A DNA stretch of 64,000 nucleotides from positions 38,608 through 102,607 of the forward strand of contig CAWIYH010000007.1 of the NCBI GenBank assembly GCA_963840225.1, read 5' to 3'. The first letter of the stretch is position 1. Each line of letters starts with the position of its first letter. Below are positions 48,407-61,538 of this stretch, piece by piece. The notes under the pieces are model-generated. The model was not told the origin of the DNA. It saw only the letters and a list, made by a program, of their open reading frames with translations, and made no database searches. This stretch comes from an uncultured Acidobacteriota bacterium. GTDB lineage: Bacteria; Acidobacteriota; Vicinamibacteria; Vicinamibacterales; CAVVIG01. Both the position numbers and the translations under genes were made by a program.

Positions 48407-50095
48407 ATGACCAGAGCACTCGTGACTGCCGGCGTCTTCCTCCTGGGCGCCGCGGCGCTGACCGTGCGCATCGCCGCCCAGGACAGGCCGATGCCCGACA
48501 CCGCCACGCTCGAGCGGATGGCGGCGCGCTTCGCGCCGACCGACATCACCGCCGACCTGTCGATGCTCTCGGCAGCGGACCGCGTGGTGCTGACCAAGCT
48601 CGTCGAAGCGTCGCAGGTCATCGACGCGCTGTTCCTGCGCCAGGCCTGGGCCGGCAACGGCGAAGTGCTCCTCGCGCTCTCCCGCGACCCGACGCCGGAA
48701 GGGCGGGCGCGCCTGCACTATTTCCTGATCAACAAGGGGCCCTGGTCGCGGCTCGATCACAACGAGCCGTTCGTGCCGGGCGTGCCGGCCAGGCCGGCCG
48801 GGGCGGGCTTCTATCCCGTCGACGCGGCCAAGACCGGGCTGGAGCGGTGGATTCAGGATCTGCCGGCCGACGAGCGGGCCCGCGCCACCGGGTTCTTCAC
48901 CGTCGTGCGGCATGCGGCGGAGGGCCGCGGCTTCACGCTCGTGCCGTACAACGTCGAGTACCAGGGCGAGCTCGAGCACGCAGCCGCGCGGCTGCGCGAG
49001 GCGGCGGGCGCGGCGGCCGAGCCAACGCTCAAGGCGTTTCTGACGAAGCGCGCCGAGGCGTTGCTGACCAACGACTATTACGCGAGCGACGTCGCCTGGA
49101 TGGAGCTGACCGGCGCGATCGAGCCGACCATCGGGCCGTACGAGGTGTACGAGGACGGGCTGTTCAACTACAAGGCCGCGTTCGAGTCCTATGTCACCGT
49201 CGCCGACCCGGACGAGAGCGCGAAGCTCCAGAAGTTCGGCGGGGAACTGCAGGACATCGAGAACCACCTGCCGATCGACCCGAAGTACCGCAACCCGAAG
49301 CTCGGCGGCATGGCGCCGATCGTCGTCGTCAACGAGATCTTCGCGGCCGGCGACGGCAACCGCGGCGTGCAGACGACTGCGTTCAACCTGCCGAACGACG
49401 ATCGCGTCATCCGCGAGAAGGGCTCCAAGCGCGTCATGCTCAAGAACGTGCAGGACGCCAAGTTCGCGAAGACGCTGGTGCCGATCTCGAAGGTGGTGCT
49501 GCGCCCGGAGGACCAGGGCGAGGTCTCCTTCGAGGCGTTCTTCACGCACACCGTCGTCCACGAGCTGATGCACGGCCTCGGACCGCACAACATCACAGTC
49601 GGCGGCCAGGCGACGACCGTGCGGCAGGCGCTGAAGGAGACCTACAGCGCGCTCGAGGAGGCCAAGGCGGACATCTCGGCGCTGTTCGCGCTGCAGTACC
49701 TGATCGACAAGGGCGCGGAGCCGAAGGCGCTCGAACACCCGCTGTACACGACCTATCTCGCGTCGGCGTTTCGCGCGATCCGGTTCGGCATCAGCGAGGC
49801 GCACGGTCGCGGCATCGCCGTGCAGCTGAACTACCTGCTCGATCACGGCGGCTTCGTCGCGCGGCCGGACGGCCGCTTCCTGGTGGACTTCTCGAAGATC
49901 AGGGCCGCGGTGGCCGGACTGACGCACGAGATCATGACCATCCAGGCCGAGGGCGACTACGCGAAGGCGAAGGCGCTCGAGGCGACCGGCATCGTGCGTC
50001 CCGAGGTCAAACGCGCGCTCGACAAGCTGATCGGCGTGCCGGTGGACATCGAACCGCGATTCCCGACGGCGGAGGAACTGACGAAAGGCAGGTAG
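48407..50095 (+). CDS. Secreted dipeptidyl-peptidase III-like (M49-related) zinc peptidase with HExxH
   Basis: Signal peptide; IGPYEVYED.L, AFNLPNDD, GSKRV, HELMHGLGP, EEAKADI. Confidence 0.8.
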   Translation: MTRALVTAGVFLLGAAALTVRIAAQDRPMPDTATLERMAARFAPTDITADLSMLSAADRVVLTKLVEASQVIDALFLRQAWAGNGEVLLALSRDPTPEGRARLHYFLINKGPWSRLDHNEPFVPGVPARPAGAGFYPVDAAKTGLERWIQDLPADERARATGFFTVVRHAAEGRGFTLVPYNVEYQGELEHAAARLREAAGAAAEPTLKAFLTKRAEALLTNDYYASDVAWMELTGAIEPTIGPYEVYEDGLFNYKAAFESYVTVADPDESAKLQKFGGELQDIENHLPIDPKYRNPKLGGMAPIVVVNEIFAAGDGNRGVQTTAFNLPNDDRVIREKGSKRVMLKNVQDAKFAKTLVPISKVVLRPEDQGEVSFEAFFTHTVVHELMHGLGPHNITVGGQATTVRQALKETYSALEEAKADISALFALQYLIDKGAEPKALEHPLYTTYLASAFRAIRFGISEAHGRGIAVQLNYLLDHGGFVARPDGRFLVDFSKIRAAVAGLTHEIMTIQAEGDYAKAKALEATGIVRPEVKRALDKLIGVPVDIEPRFPTAEELTKGR

Positions 50096-50302
50096 CGGGG
50101 AGGGCAGGTAGAGCCGGGACAAACGTGCATACGGCTGACGGCCTTGCGCGCTCGCGGGCCCGGCCTTGGCCACCGTCACCGTAATCTGCAACGCACTCTC
50201 AGTTCGACATTGTCGGATCGCACACGTGAAATCGGCCATCTGGAGCACATCAGCGATATCGAGGCGAATCCGCCCGATCTCGAGAAGGCATTCAGATAGC
50301 GC

Positions 50303-50341
50303 GAGCCTCCAGTCCCCCGAGCCCCGAGCCTCCAGCCCCGA
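50303..50341 (+). repeat. Heptamer tandem repeat (GAGCCYC/CAGCCCC type)
   Basis: gagcctc cagtccc ccgagccc cgagcctc cagcccc; the same unit recurs inside copA at 50961-50999. Confidence 0.75.
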
Positions 50342-50345
50342 CCGC

Positions 50346-50377
50346 TTGACCTTGTACTTGACTACAAGGTTTATGCT
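50346..50377 (+). promoter_or_regulatory. MerR-family promoter/operator
   Basis: TTGACC, 20 nt, TATGCT, with dyad ACCTTGTA-N6-TACAAGGT (50349-50370); ATG 6 nt after the -10. Confidence 0.88.
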
Positions 50378-50383
50378 GGTGTC

Positions 50384-50770
50384 ATGTGGATCAGCCAGGC
50401 GGCCCGCGAGGCGGGCGTCAACCAACAGACGCTGCGGTACTACGAACGCCGGGGCCTGCTGCCGCGGCCTCCGCGCCGGGGCTCCTATCGCGAATTTCCC
50501 GCCGACGCCGTGCAGATGGTGCGCTTCATCAAGCGCGCCCAGGAGCTGGGCTTCTCCCTCGACGAGGTCGAGGAGCTGATCCGCCTCCGCGGCGTCAAGC
50601 GGGCCGAGCGCCACAGGGTGCGAACCCTCGCCGAGCGCAAGATCGTCGACATCGACCGCAAGGTCCAGCAGCTCCGGGCGATGCGGGCGGCGCTGGCCGC
50701 GCTCGTCGAGTCGTGCCATCGGGGCGGCGCCGCCGACTGTCCGATCATCGAGGCGTTGAATCATGATTGA
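50384..50770 (+). CDS. cueR: MerR-family metal-responsive regulator (CueR-like)
   Basis: [27 protein letters not shown]-terminal C-X7-CPI. Confidence 0.8.
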   Translation: MWISQAAREAGVNQQTLRYYERRGLLPRPPRRGSYREFPADAVQMVRFIKRAQELGFSLDEVEELIRLRGVKRAERHRVRTLAERKIVDIDRKVQQLRAMRAALAALVESCHRGGAADCPIIEALNHD

Positions 50771-53210
50771 GCTCGCTGTCGATCCCGTGTGCGGAATGAG
50801 CGTCGACCCGTCGAAGGGGAAGCCGACCGTCGAGCACGGCGGACGGACGTACCACTTCTGCGGCCAGGGCTGCGCGACGAAGTTCCAGGGCGATCCCGAC
50901 GGCTATCTGTCCGGCAAGTACCCGAAAGGCATGCACGCGAAGCCGGCTGCGATGACCCGGCCCCGAGCCTCGAGCCCCGAGCCTCCAGCCTCCAGCCTCT
51001 GGATCTGTCCCATGGATCCCGAGGTCGAGAGCGCCGTTCCCGGCGCCTGTCCCAAGTGCGGCATGGCGCTCGAGCCGGCGGTGTCGGCGCCGGTCGCGAC
51101 CATCGAGTACACGTGCCCCATGCATCCCGAGGTCGTGAGCGACCATCCGGGCGCCTGTCCCAAGTGCGGCATGGCGCTCGAGCCGCGCGTTGCCGACGTG
51201 GCCGAGCCGCCGAATCCCGAGCTCGTCGACATGACGCGCCGTTTCTGGATCGGCGTCGCGTTCGGCCTGCCGGTCTTCGCGCTGGCGATGGGCGACATGC
51301 TCACCGGCGGCGCCCTCGGTCCTCGCATCGGCGTCTCCACGGTGAACTGGATCGAGCTCCTGCTCGCCACGCCGGTCGTCTTCTGGTGCGGCTGGCCGTT
51401 CTTCGCGCGCATGTGGGTCTCGTTCGTCAAGGCGAGCCCGAACATGTTCACGCTCATCGGCATCGGCGTCGGGTCGGCGTACGTCTACAGCGCCGCCGCC
51501 ACGCTCGCTCCGGGTGTCTTTCCCGCCGGCTTCAGGACGCACGGCACCGTGGAGACCTACTTCGACACGACGGTCGTGATTACGGTGCTCGTGCTGCTCG
51601 GCCAGGTGCTCGAGCTCCGCGCGCGGTACCGGACCGGCGCCGCCATTCGCCAGCTGCTCGGGCTCGCACCGAAGACCGCCCGGATCGTCAGGGACGGCCG
51701 CGAGGAAGACATCCCGCTCCCCCTGGTGCAGGTCGGCCACGTCCTTCGCGTCCGCCCCGGCGAAAAGGTACCGGTCGACGGCGTTGTCGCCGACGGAGGC
51801 GCGGCGGTGGACGAGTCGATGGTCACGGGCGAGTCGATCCCGGTCGACAAGCGCGCCGGCGACCGCGTCATCGGCGCCACGCTGGTGTCGAGCGGCACCT
51901 TCACCATGCGCGCCGAACGCGTCGGCGGCGAGACGATGCTGGCGCAGATCGTCCGGATGGTGGCCGAGGCGCAGCGCACGCGCGCGCCGATTCAGCGCCT
52001 CGCCGACCGCGTCGCCGCCGTCTTCGTCCCGGCGGTCGTGCTGTCCGCCGCGGCGGCCTTCGTCGTCTGGAGCGTCTGGGGGCCGCCGCCGCGGTTCGCG
52101 ATCGCGCTGGTCAACGCGGTGGCGGTGCTCATCATCGCGTGCCCGTGCGCGCTGGGGCTCGCGACGCCGATGGCCATCATGGTCGGCACCGGGCAGGGCG
52201 CCCGCGCGGGCGTGCTCATCAAGAACGCCGGGGCGCTCGAGCTGCTCGGGCGCGTGGACACGCTCGTCGTGGACAAGACCGGCACGCTCACGGAAGGGCG
52301 GCCGGACGTCACGGCGGTCGAGACGGCGCCGGGCATCGACGACGCGCAGCTGCTCCGGCTGGCGGCTGCCGTGGAGCGCGGCAGCGAGCATCCGCTGGCG
52401 GCCGCCATCGTCAAAGCGGCCGAGGCGCGGGGGCTGGCGATTCCCGCCGTCGCCGACTTCGTGCCGGCGACGGGACAGGGCGTGAGCGGCCGGGTGGACG
52501 GCCGGGCGATCCTCCTCGGGACGGTCGATCTCATGCGTGCGCGCGGAATCGATCCCGGCGCGTTCGCGGCGCGCGCCGAGGCGCTGCGGCAGGACGGCCA
52601 GACCGTGCTCCTCGTCGCCGTTGACGATCGGATCGGCGGCCTCGTGGCCGTCGCCGATGGGATCCGGCCCACCACGTCCCAGGCGGTGAAGGACCTGCAG
52701 GCAGACGGCGTGCGCATCGTGATGCTGACCGGCGACAACCGGACCACGGCAACGGCGATCGCCCGGAGGCTCGGCATCGAGGACGTGCGCGCCGAAGTGC
52801 TCCCGGCCGGCAAGCGCGCCATCGTCGAGGAGCTGCAGCGGCAGGGGCGTCTCGTCGCCATGGCCGGCGACGGCGTCAACGACGCGCCGGCGCTCGCTCA
52901 GGCCTCGGTCGGCATCGCGGTCGGCACGGGGACCGACGTGGCGATCGAGAGCGCGGGGATCACCCTGGTCAAGGGAGACCTGCGCGGGATCGTGCGGGCG
53001 CGACGGCTGAGTCGCGCGACGCTCCGGAACATCCGCCAGAACCTCTTCCTGGCGTTCGTGTACAACACGATCGGCGTGCCGGTGGCCGCGGGGGTCCTGT
53101 ACCCGCTGGTCGGCGTGCTCATCAGCCCGATCTGGGCGAGCGCCGCCATGACGATGAGCTCGTTGTCGGTCATCGGCAACGCGCTGCGCCTGCGTCGGGT
53201 CGCGTTGTAG
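50763..53210 (+). CDS. copA: Cu(I)/Ag(I)-translocating P1B-type ATPase with YHS domain and two CPM-x-P..CPKCGM metal-binding domains
   Basis: DPVCGM..YHFC; TGES, CPC, DKTGT, SEHP, GDGVND, YN, M..SS. Confidence 0.93.
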   Translation: MIELAVDPVCGMSVDPSKGKPTVEHGGRTYHFCGQGCATKFQGDPDGYLSGKYPKGMHAKPAAMTRPRASSPEPPASSLWICPMDPEVESAVPGACPKCGMALEPAVSAPVATIEYTCPMHPEVVSDHPGACPKCGMALEPRVADVAEPPNPELVDMTRRFWIGVAFGLPVFALAMGDMLTGGALGPRIGVSTVNWIELLLATPVVFWCGWPFFARMWVSFVKASPNMFTLIGIGVGSAYVYSAAATLAPGVFPAGFRTHGTVETYFDTTVVITVLVLLGQVLELRARYRTGAAIRQLLGLAPKTARIVRDGREEDIPLPLVQVGHVLRVRPGEKVPVDGVVADGGAAVDESMVTGESIPVDKRAGDRVIGATLVSSGTFTMRAERVGGETMLAQIVRMVAEAQRTRAPIQRLADRVAAVFVPAVVLSAAAAFVVWSVWGPPPRFAIALVNAVAVLIIACPCALGLATPMAIMVGTGQGARAGVLIKNAGALELLGRVDTLVVDKTGTLTEGRPDVTAVETAPGIDDAQLLRLAAAVERGSEHPLAAAIVKAAEARGLAIPAVADFVPATGQGVSGRVDGRAILLGTVDLMRARGIDPGAFAARAEALRQDGQTVLLVAVDDRIGGLVAVADGIRPTTSQAVKDLQADGVRIVMLTGDNRTTATAIARRLGIEDVRAEVLPAGKRAIVEELQRQGRLVAMAGDGVNDAPALAQASVGIAVGTGTDVAIESAGITLVKGDLRGIVRARRLSRATLRNIRQNLFLAFVYNTIGVPVAAGVLYPLVGVLISPIWASAAMTMSSLSVIGNALRLRRVAL

Positions 53211-53417
53211 CATCGGCCCCGGGCGCGCCACGCGGCAGAGGCCTGGGAATCCGGGCCTTCGCGCGCTCCGTTTGAGACAATCGATTACAACGAAACGACG
53301 GCGCGAGCCGCGTCGTATACTGCTACACCACCTCCTGTGTTCGCACTACACTCCATTTTTGCTCAAGCCGCACGCTTCGGTGCGGTCTGCCAGGACGGTT
53401 CGACGAGGCTCGCGCAC

Positions 53418-54635
53418 ATGTCAGGAAAACTGCCCAGTGGTCGTTGGAACGTCGCGCTGCTTCTCGGTTTCGCGGCGCTCGGCGCGGTCGCCTGCTCGAA
53501 AGAGGGGACCGCGCAGGCGCGCGGACGCGAGATGGCCAAACCGGTCGACGTCGAGAAGGTCCGGCAGGAATCGGTCCGCCGCGCCGTGGAGGTGGTCGGC
53601 ACCCTCGCGGCCGAAGACGAAGTGACGATCTCATCGGAGGCCGAGGGGACGGTCAGCCGCATCCTCGCCGACCTGGGTGACCGCGTGCAGGCGGGGCAGG
53701 TGCTGGTGGAGCTCGATCGCGAGAAGCTGCGGTACAGCGCCGACCAGCAGGTCGCCGCGCTGCAGCGGGCGCTCGCCAAGTACGGCGCGGCCGACTCGGG
53801 CCATCTGCCGGCGATCGAGCAGACGCCGGACGTGCAGCGGGCCAAGGCCGAACTGGTGCAGGCGCAGCAGTCCTTCGATCGGGCAAACGAGCTCCACGCG
53901 CGTCAGCTCGTTCCCAAGCAGGCGCTCGACGACGCCGACGCCATGCTGCAGTCGAAGAAGGCCGGCTACGAGTCGGCGCTCCAGAACGCGAAGAACCTCC
54001 GCGCCGACATCGTCGCGTCGGAAGCCGCGTCGAAGCTTGCCGACCGGCAGCTGCGGGACACGTACATCCGGGCGCCGTTCGATGGTTACATCGAGAAGCG
54101 GCTCGTCAACCTCGGCGAGCTCGTCAAGGCGCAGATGCCCGTGATGGCGGTCGTGCGCATGGACCCGCTGAAGGTGACGGCGGAGATTCCCGAGAAGATG
54201 GCCCCCTGGATCAGCGTCGGCCAGGACGTGCAGCTCCACGTCGACGCCTACCCCGATCGGACGATTACCGGGAACATCTCGCGGATCAGCCCGTCGGTGA
54301 GCACGTCGACCCGCGCGTTTCCGTTCGAGGCAAAGGTGCCGAACCACGACGCCCTCCTCAAGCCCGGGACCTTCGCGCGCGTTCACATCGAGACGTCGAA
54401 GGTGGACCAGGTGCTCACGCTGTCCTACAGCGCGATGCAGTACCGCTACGGCGTGAACCGGGTGTTCGTGGTCGAAGGCGATCACCTGGTGGCGCGCGAG
54501 CTGAAGACGGGCGAGCGCCTCGGCGACCGCATCGAGATCCTGAGCGGCGTCAAGGCCGGGGATCCGGTCGCCGTCACCGACGTCGAGAAGCTGGCCGACG
54601 GCGCGAAGGTGTCGATCGGCAAGACCGGCGAGTAG
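53418..54635 (+). CDS. RND efflux periplasmic adaptor (MFP), lipoprotein
   Basis: Lipobox LGAVAC, GDRV..GQ.L, IRAPFDG, ISP.V...TR, LKPG.F. Confidence 0.9.
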   Translation: MSGKLPSGRWNVALLLGFAALGAVACSKEGTAQARGREMAKPVDVEKVRQESVRRAVEVVGTLAAEDEVTISSEAEGTVSRILADLGDRVQAGQVLVELDREKLRYSADQQVAALQRALAKYGAADSGHLPAIEQTPDVQRAKAELVQAQQSFDRANELHARQLVPKQALDDADAMLQSKKAGYESALQNAKNLRADIVASEAASKLADRQLRDTYIRAPFDGYIEKRLVNLGELVKAQMPVMAVVRMDPLKVTAEIPEKMAPWISVGQDVQLHVDAYPDRTITGNISRISPSVSTSTRAFPFEAKVPNHDALLKPGTFARVHIETSKVDQVLTLSYSAMQYRYGVNRVFVVEGDHLVARELKTGERLGDRIEILSGVKAGDPVAVTDVEKLADGAKVSIGKTGE

Positions 54636-54645
54636 CGAGACCGTC

Positions 54646-57756
<3,111 letters not shown>

Positions 57757-57780
57757 CGAGTGAGGCTGAGGACCGAGGGG

Positions 57781-59229
57781 ATGCCGACAAGACCGCTCGC
57801 GGTCGCGCTCGCCGTCTGCGCCGCCGCCGTCATGTCTGCTCAGGGCGCGCCCGACCCGATGCTCGCCCGGATCCGGGCCGAGGGCCTGGACCGCTCCCAG
57901 GCGGCGCCGGTCTTCGAGACGCTCACCGTCGACATCGGCCCGCGCCTCACCAACTCGCCGGCGTTCCGGCGCGCGGTGGCGTTCGTGCGCGACCGCCTGA
58001 CCGCCTACGGGCTCTCCAACGTTCGGGCGGAGCCGTGGCACTTCGGCCGCGGCTGGACGCTCGAGAAGCTGACCCTCGAGATGGTGGAGCCGCGCTACCT
58101 GCCGCTCATCGGCTACGCCGAAGCGTGGTCCCCTTCGACCGACGGCGACGTCGTGGCCGCTCCGGTGTTCATCGGCGGCAAGACGCCGGAGACGGTCGAG
58201 GCGATGCGCGCACAGCTGAAGGGCGCCCTCGTCATGACGCAGCCGCTGATGACGCGCTTCGTCCGCGCCGACCGGCCGCAGCCGACCGACCCGCAGGCCT
58301 CGCGGTCCCAGCCCAACGCCTCGGCCGGGACGCGGCCACCGGCCATCGCGCAGCGGATCGCGGAGATCGTGCGCGAGTCGGGCGCCGCCGTGCAGCTGCG
58401 CCCCAGCATCGGCGAGCACGGCACCGTGTTCGTGACGGGCCGCGACGGCGGCCCCGGCGGCGTGCCGTCGGTCGTCCTGAGCGCGGAGCACTACAACATG
58501 ATCGTGCGCATGCTCGAGCGCGGCGTCGCCGTCAAGCTGCGCGTCGGCGTCCAGAGCCGGTACGTCGACGACAACGAGAACGCCGCCAACGTCATCGCCG
58601 AGATTCCCGGGACCGACCCGGCGCTCAAGGACGAAGTGGTCATGATGGGCGCGCACCTCGACTCGTGGCACACCGGCGTCGGGGCCACCGACAACGCGGA
58701 TGGATCCACCACCGTCATCGAGGCGATGCGGATCCTGAAGGCAGTCGGCGCGAAGCCGCGCCGCACGATTCGCCTGGCGCTCTGGGGCGGAGAAGAGCAG
58801 GGGCTGCTCGGATCACGGGCCTGGGTGGCCGCGCACCTGGAGGGCGACCAGAACCGCGCCGCGCGCGAGAAGTTCGACGTCTACTTCAACATCGACAACG
58901 GCTACGGTCCGATCTACGGCTTCTATTGCGAGAACAACGGAACCGTCAAGCCGTTCTTCGACGCCTGGCTCGCTCCCTTCAGGGACCTCGGCGCCAGGAA
59001 GAACGTGATCGAGGGCATCGGTGCGACCGACCACGTGACGTTCGACCGGGCCGGCGTGCCCGGCTTCAATCCGATCCAGAGCTATCGCAACTACGACATC
59101 CGGACGCACCACACCAACATGGACACGGTGGACCGGGTCGACGAAGGCGACCTGAAGCAGGCGGCCGTCGTCATGGCGTCCTTCGTCTATGATGCGGCGA
59201 TGGCCGACGCCCGGATCCCCCGCAAGTAG
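57781..59229 (+). CDS. Secreted M28 family peptidase
   Basis: IGPRLT.S, GAHLDSW, GATDNA.G, WGGEEQGLLGS, TDH, HHT..D. Confidence 0.88.
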   Translation: MPTRPLAVALAVCAAAVMSAQGAPDPMLARIRAEGLDRSQAAPVFETLTVDIGPRLTNSPAFRRAVAFVRDRLTAYGLSNVRAEPWHFGRGWTLEKLTLEMVEPRYLPLIGYAEAWSPSTDGDVVAAPVFIGGKTPETVEAMRAQLKGALVMTQPLMTRFVRADRPQPTDPQASRSQPNASAGTRPPAIAQRIAEIVRESGAAVQLRPSIGEHGTVFVTGRDGGPGGVPSVVLSAEHYNMIVRMLERGVAVKLRVGVQSRYVDDNENAANVIAEIPGTDPALKDEVVMMGAHLDSWHTGVGATDNADGSTTVIEAMRILKAVGAKPRRTIRLALWGGEEQGLLGSRAWVAAHLEGDQNRAAREKFDVYFNIDNGYGPIYGFYCENNGTVKPFFDAWLAPFRDLGARKNVIEGIGATDHVTFDRAGVPGFNPIQSYRNYDIRTHHTNMDTVDRVDEGDLKQAAVVMASFVYDAAMADARIPRK

Positions 59230-59425
59230 CGGCTGCCGGAAAACCGGGAGCCCGGCGCGCCGAACCGGGCGGCCGGCGCAAACGCGAGTCGAATCCCCTC
59301 GGAAACAGGCCGGATCGGACCCCGCGCCACCCCTGGTCCGTCGATTGCTTCGCCCCAAACAGGAGCCGATGAGTCGCGTTTGACTCCGGTTCAGCAACCG
59401 CTCCTTATTGCAGGACGACACAATC

Positions 59426-59842
59426 ATGCAGGTAACTCGAGCCGCCGACTACGCCGTACGCGTGACCGTGCACCTGGCCACGCTTCCCCAGGGCGCGCGC
59501 GCCAGCCGGGCCGCGCTGGCCCGTGCCGCGGATGCGCCCCAGACCTTCGTCGCCAAGATCCTCCAGCAGCTCGTGGATGCACAGATCGTCCGCTCGCACG
59601 CGGGGCGTGCGGGTGGGTTCGAGCTGGCGCGCCCGGCCGAGGCCGTGTCGGTATTCGACGTCGTCACCGCCGTCGAAGGGCCGCTCTGCCTGAACCGCTG
59701 CGTCGGGGCCGACGAGGGCTGTCACCTGGCGCCGAGGTGCGCGACCCAGAAGGTGTGGGCCAACGCCCAGACCGCGCTCCAGAACGTGCTGTCAGCCGCT
59801 TCGCTGGCGCAGCTGGCCAGCGTCGCCGTACCGGCGGCCTGA
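59426..59842 (+). CDS. Rrf2 family transcriptional regulator with Cys ligands
   Basis: TRAADYAVR, KILQQL, GRAGGFELARP, VEGPLCLNRC..C..C..VW. Confidence 0.9.
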   Translation: MQVTRAADYAVRVTVHLATLPQGARASRAALARAADAPQTFVAKILQQLVDAQIVRSHAGRAGGFELARPAEAVSVFDVVTAVEGPLCLNRCVGADEGCHLAPRCATQKVWANAQTALQNVLSAASLAQLASVAVPAA

Positions 59843-59914
59843 CCGCCGGTTCGCACGCTTTCGGCGGGCTCACCGGGGTCACGGCGTTCGCCCCTGGCGG
59901 GATTCCGGCGGACC

Positions 59915-61216
59915 TCAGGATGGGCGGTGGAGGGGGACTTCATCGCCCGGATTCGTCATTTCCTGGACCGGATCGCCGCCGGCGAGTCCCTGTGCGACGA
60001 TGAGCGCCCGGGCGGGCGCGCGGAGGGCGGGGAGGCGGGCGGCGAACACGGCGGCTCCTGCCAGGCAGATGGCGCCGCCGGCCGCAATCGTCTCCGGGGC
60101 GCCGACCCGCTCGGCGAGCGCTCCGGCTGCCAGCGCCCCGAACGGTCCCATCCCCATGAACATCATCGAGTACACCGCCATCACGCGCCCGCGCAGCCGA
60201 TCCGGCACCATCGACTGGATGAGCGTGTTGGAGGAGGCCATCTCCACCATCATGCAGAAGCCGACCGGCACGAGCAGCACCAGCGACAGGTAGAACAGCC
60301 GCGACGCCGAAAACGCGACCAGCGCCAGGCCGAACGCGGCCGCCGACGCCGCGACCCACCGTCCCAGCCCCCCGACTCCGGACCGGGACGCGAGCAGCAG
60401 CGCCCCGCCGAGGGCGCCGGCCCCCGACGCGCCCATCAGGAGCCCGAGACCGCGCGCCCCGGCGTGCAGGGTGGAGTCGGCGACGACCGGCATGAGCACG
60501 GCGTACGGCATTCCCGCGAAGCTGACGACGCCGAGCAGCAGGAGCAGGGCGCGGACCGGCGTCGTCCGCGCCACGAAGCGGAAACCTTCGATCGTGTCCC
60601 GGATCGCCGATCGCGGCGTTTTGCGCGGGCGCGGGCGCGTGACGTCCATCATCAGCAGGCCGGCGATGACGGCGAGATAGCTGAGCCCGTTCAGGAGAAA
60701 GCACCAGCCCTCGCCGACAGCCGCGACCAGCAGCCCCGCGACGGCCGGCCCGACGACGCGCGCGCCGTTGACCATCGACGAGTTCAGCGCGATGGCGTTC
60801 ACGAGATCCTCGCGCCCGACCATGTCGACGATGAACGCCTGCCGCGCCGGGATGTCGAAGGCGTTCACGACGCCCAGGCACCCGGCCAGCACGAACACGT
60901 GCCAGACCTGCACGCGGCCGGTCAGCGTCAGGACCGACAGCGTCAGCGGCAGCACCATCGACACGGTCTGCGTGATGACGACGATCCGATGGCGGTCGTG
61001 GCGGTCGGCGGTCGTGCCCCCGATCGGGGCGAGGAGAAAGACGGGAAACTGGCCGATGAAGCTGGCGACGCCGAGCAGCGCCGACGACCCGGTCAGCCGG
61101 TAGACGAGCCACGCCTCGGCGACCTGCTGCATCCAGGTGCCGATGAGCGAGATCAGCTGGCCGCCGAAGAAAAGCTGGTAGTTGTGGTGGCGGAACGCGC
61201 GGGTGAGCTGCGCCAC
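59915..61216 (-). CDS. MFS transporter (12 TM)
   Basis: GQLISLIGTWMQ, AFDIPARQAF, NAIALNS, RGRVMA. Confidence 0.9.
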   Translation of the reverse strand: MAQLTRAFRHHNYQLFFGGQLISLIGTWMQQVAEAWLVYRLTGSSALLGVASFIGQFPVFLLAPIGGTTADRHDRHRIVVITQTVSMVLPLTLSVLTLTGRVQVWHVFVLAGCLGVVNAFDIPARQAFIVDMVGREDLVNAIALNSSMVNGARVVGPAVAGLLVAAVGEGWCFLLNGLSYLAVIAGLLMMDVTRPRPRKTPRSAIRDTIEGFRFVARTTPVRALLLLLGVVSFAGMPYAVLMPVVADSTLHAGARGLGLLMGASGAGALGGALLLASRSGVGGLGRWVAASAAAFGLALVAFSASRLFYLSLVLLVPVGFCMMVEMASSNTLIQSMVPDRLRGRVMAVYSMMFMGMGPFGALAAGALAERVGAPETIAAGGAICLAGAAVFAARLPALRAPARALIVAQGLAGGDPVQEMTNPGDEVPLHRPS

Positions 61217-61238
61217 GGGTCGCGTCGGAGCCGCGCCG

Positions 61239-61466
61239 CTAGTTCATCGAGCACGAGCCCGGGCCGCGCGGGTCGCCGCACATCCCGCAGGCCGACGAGG
61301 GGAACGCCGCCGGCTTCTCGCCCGGCCCGACCGCGACGGCGAACACCGACAGCTGCTTTGTGAGCGCCGTGCTCGCGCAGGCGGGACACGCCGGCGACTG
61401 GCCCTCGCGCGTCAGATACTCGAACTGGCGACCGCAGTCGCGGCACTCGTATTCGAAGAGCGGCAT
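61239..61466 (-). CDS. FmdB family zinc-ribbon protein
   Basis: MPLFEYECRDCG..FE..CPAC..K.LS; Cys-rich tail CGMC..GSC. Confidence 0.88.
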   Translation of the reverse strand: MPLFEYECRDCGRQFEYLTREGQSPACPACASTALTKQLSVFAVAVGPGEKPAAFPSSACGMCGDPRGPGSCSMN

Positions 61467-61538
61467 ATGCGTTATATTCTAGCGCGCCTGGCCGCCGCCT
61501 GCCCACCAGCCTCGGGCGCCACGCGTTCGCCGCCACCG

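Noticed and set aside
59247..59404. Calling the long hairpin 6S RNA (ssrS)
   Set aside because: No recognisable 6S sequence conservation by eye and no zapA/rny/ygfA context; kept only as a candidate structured element.
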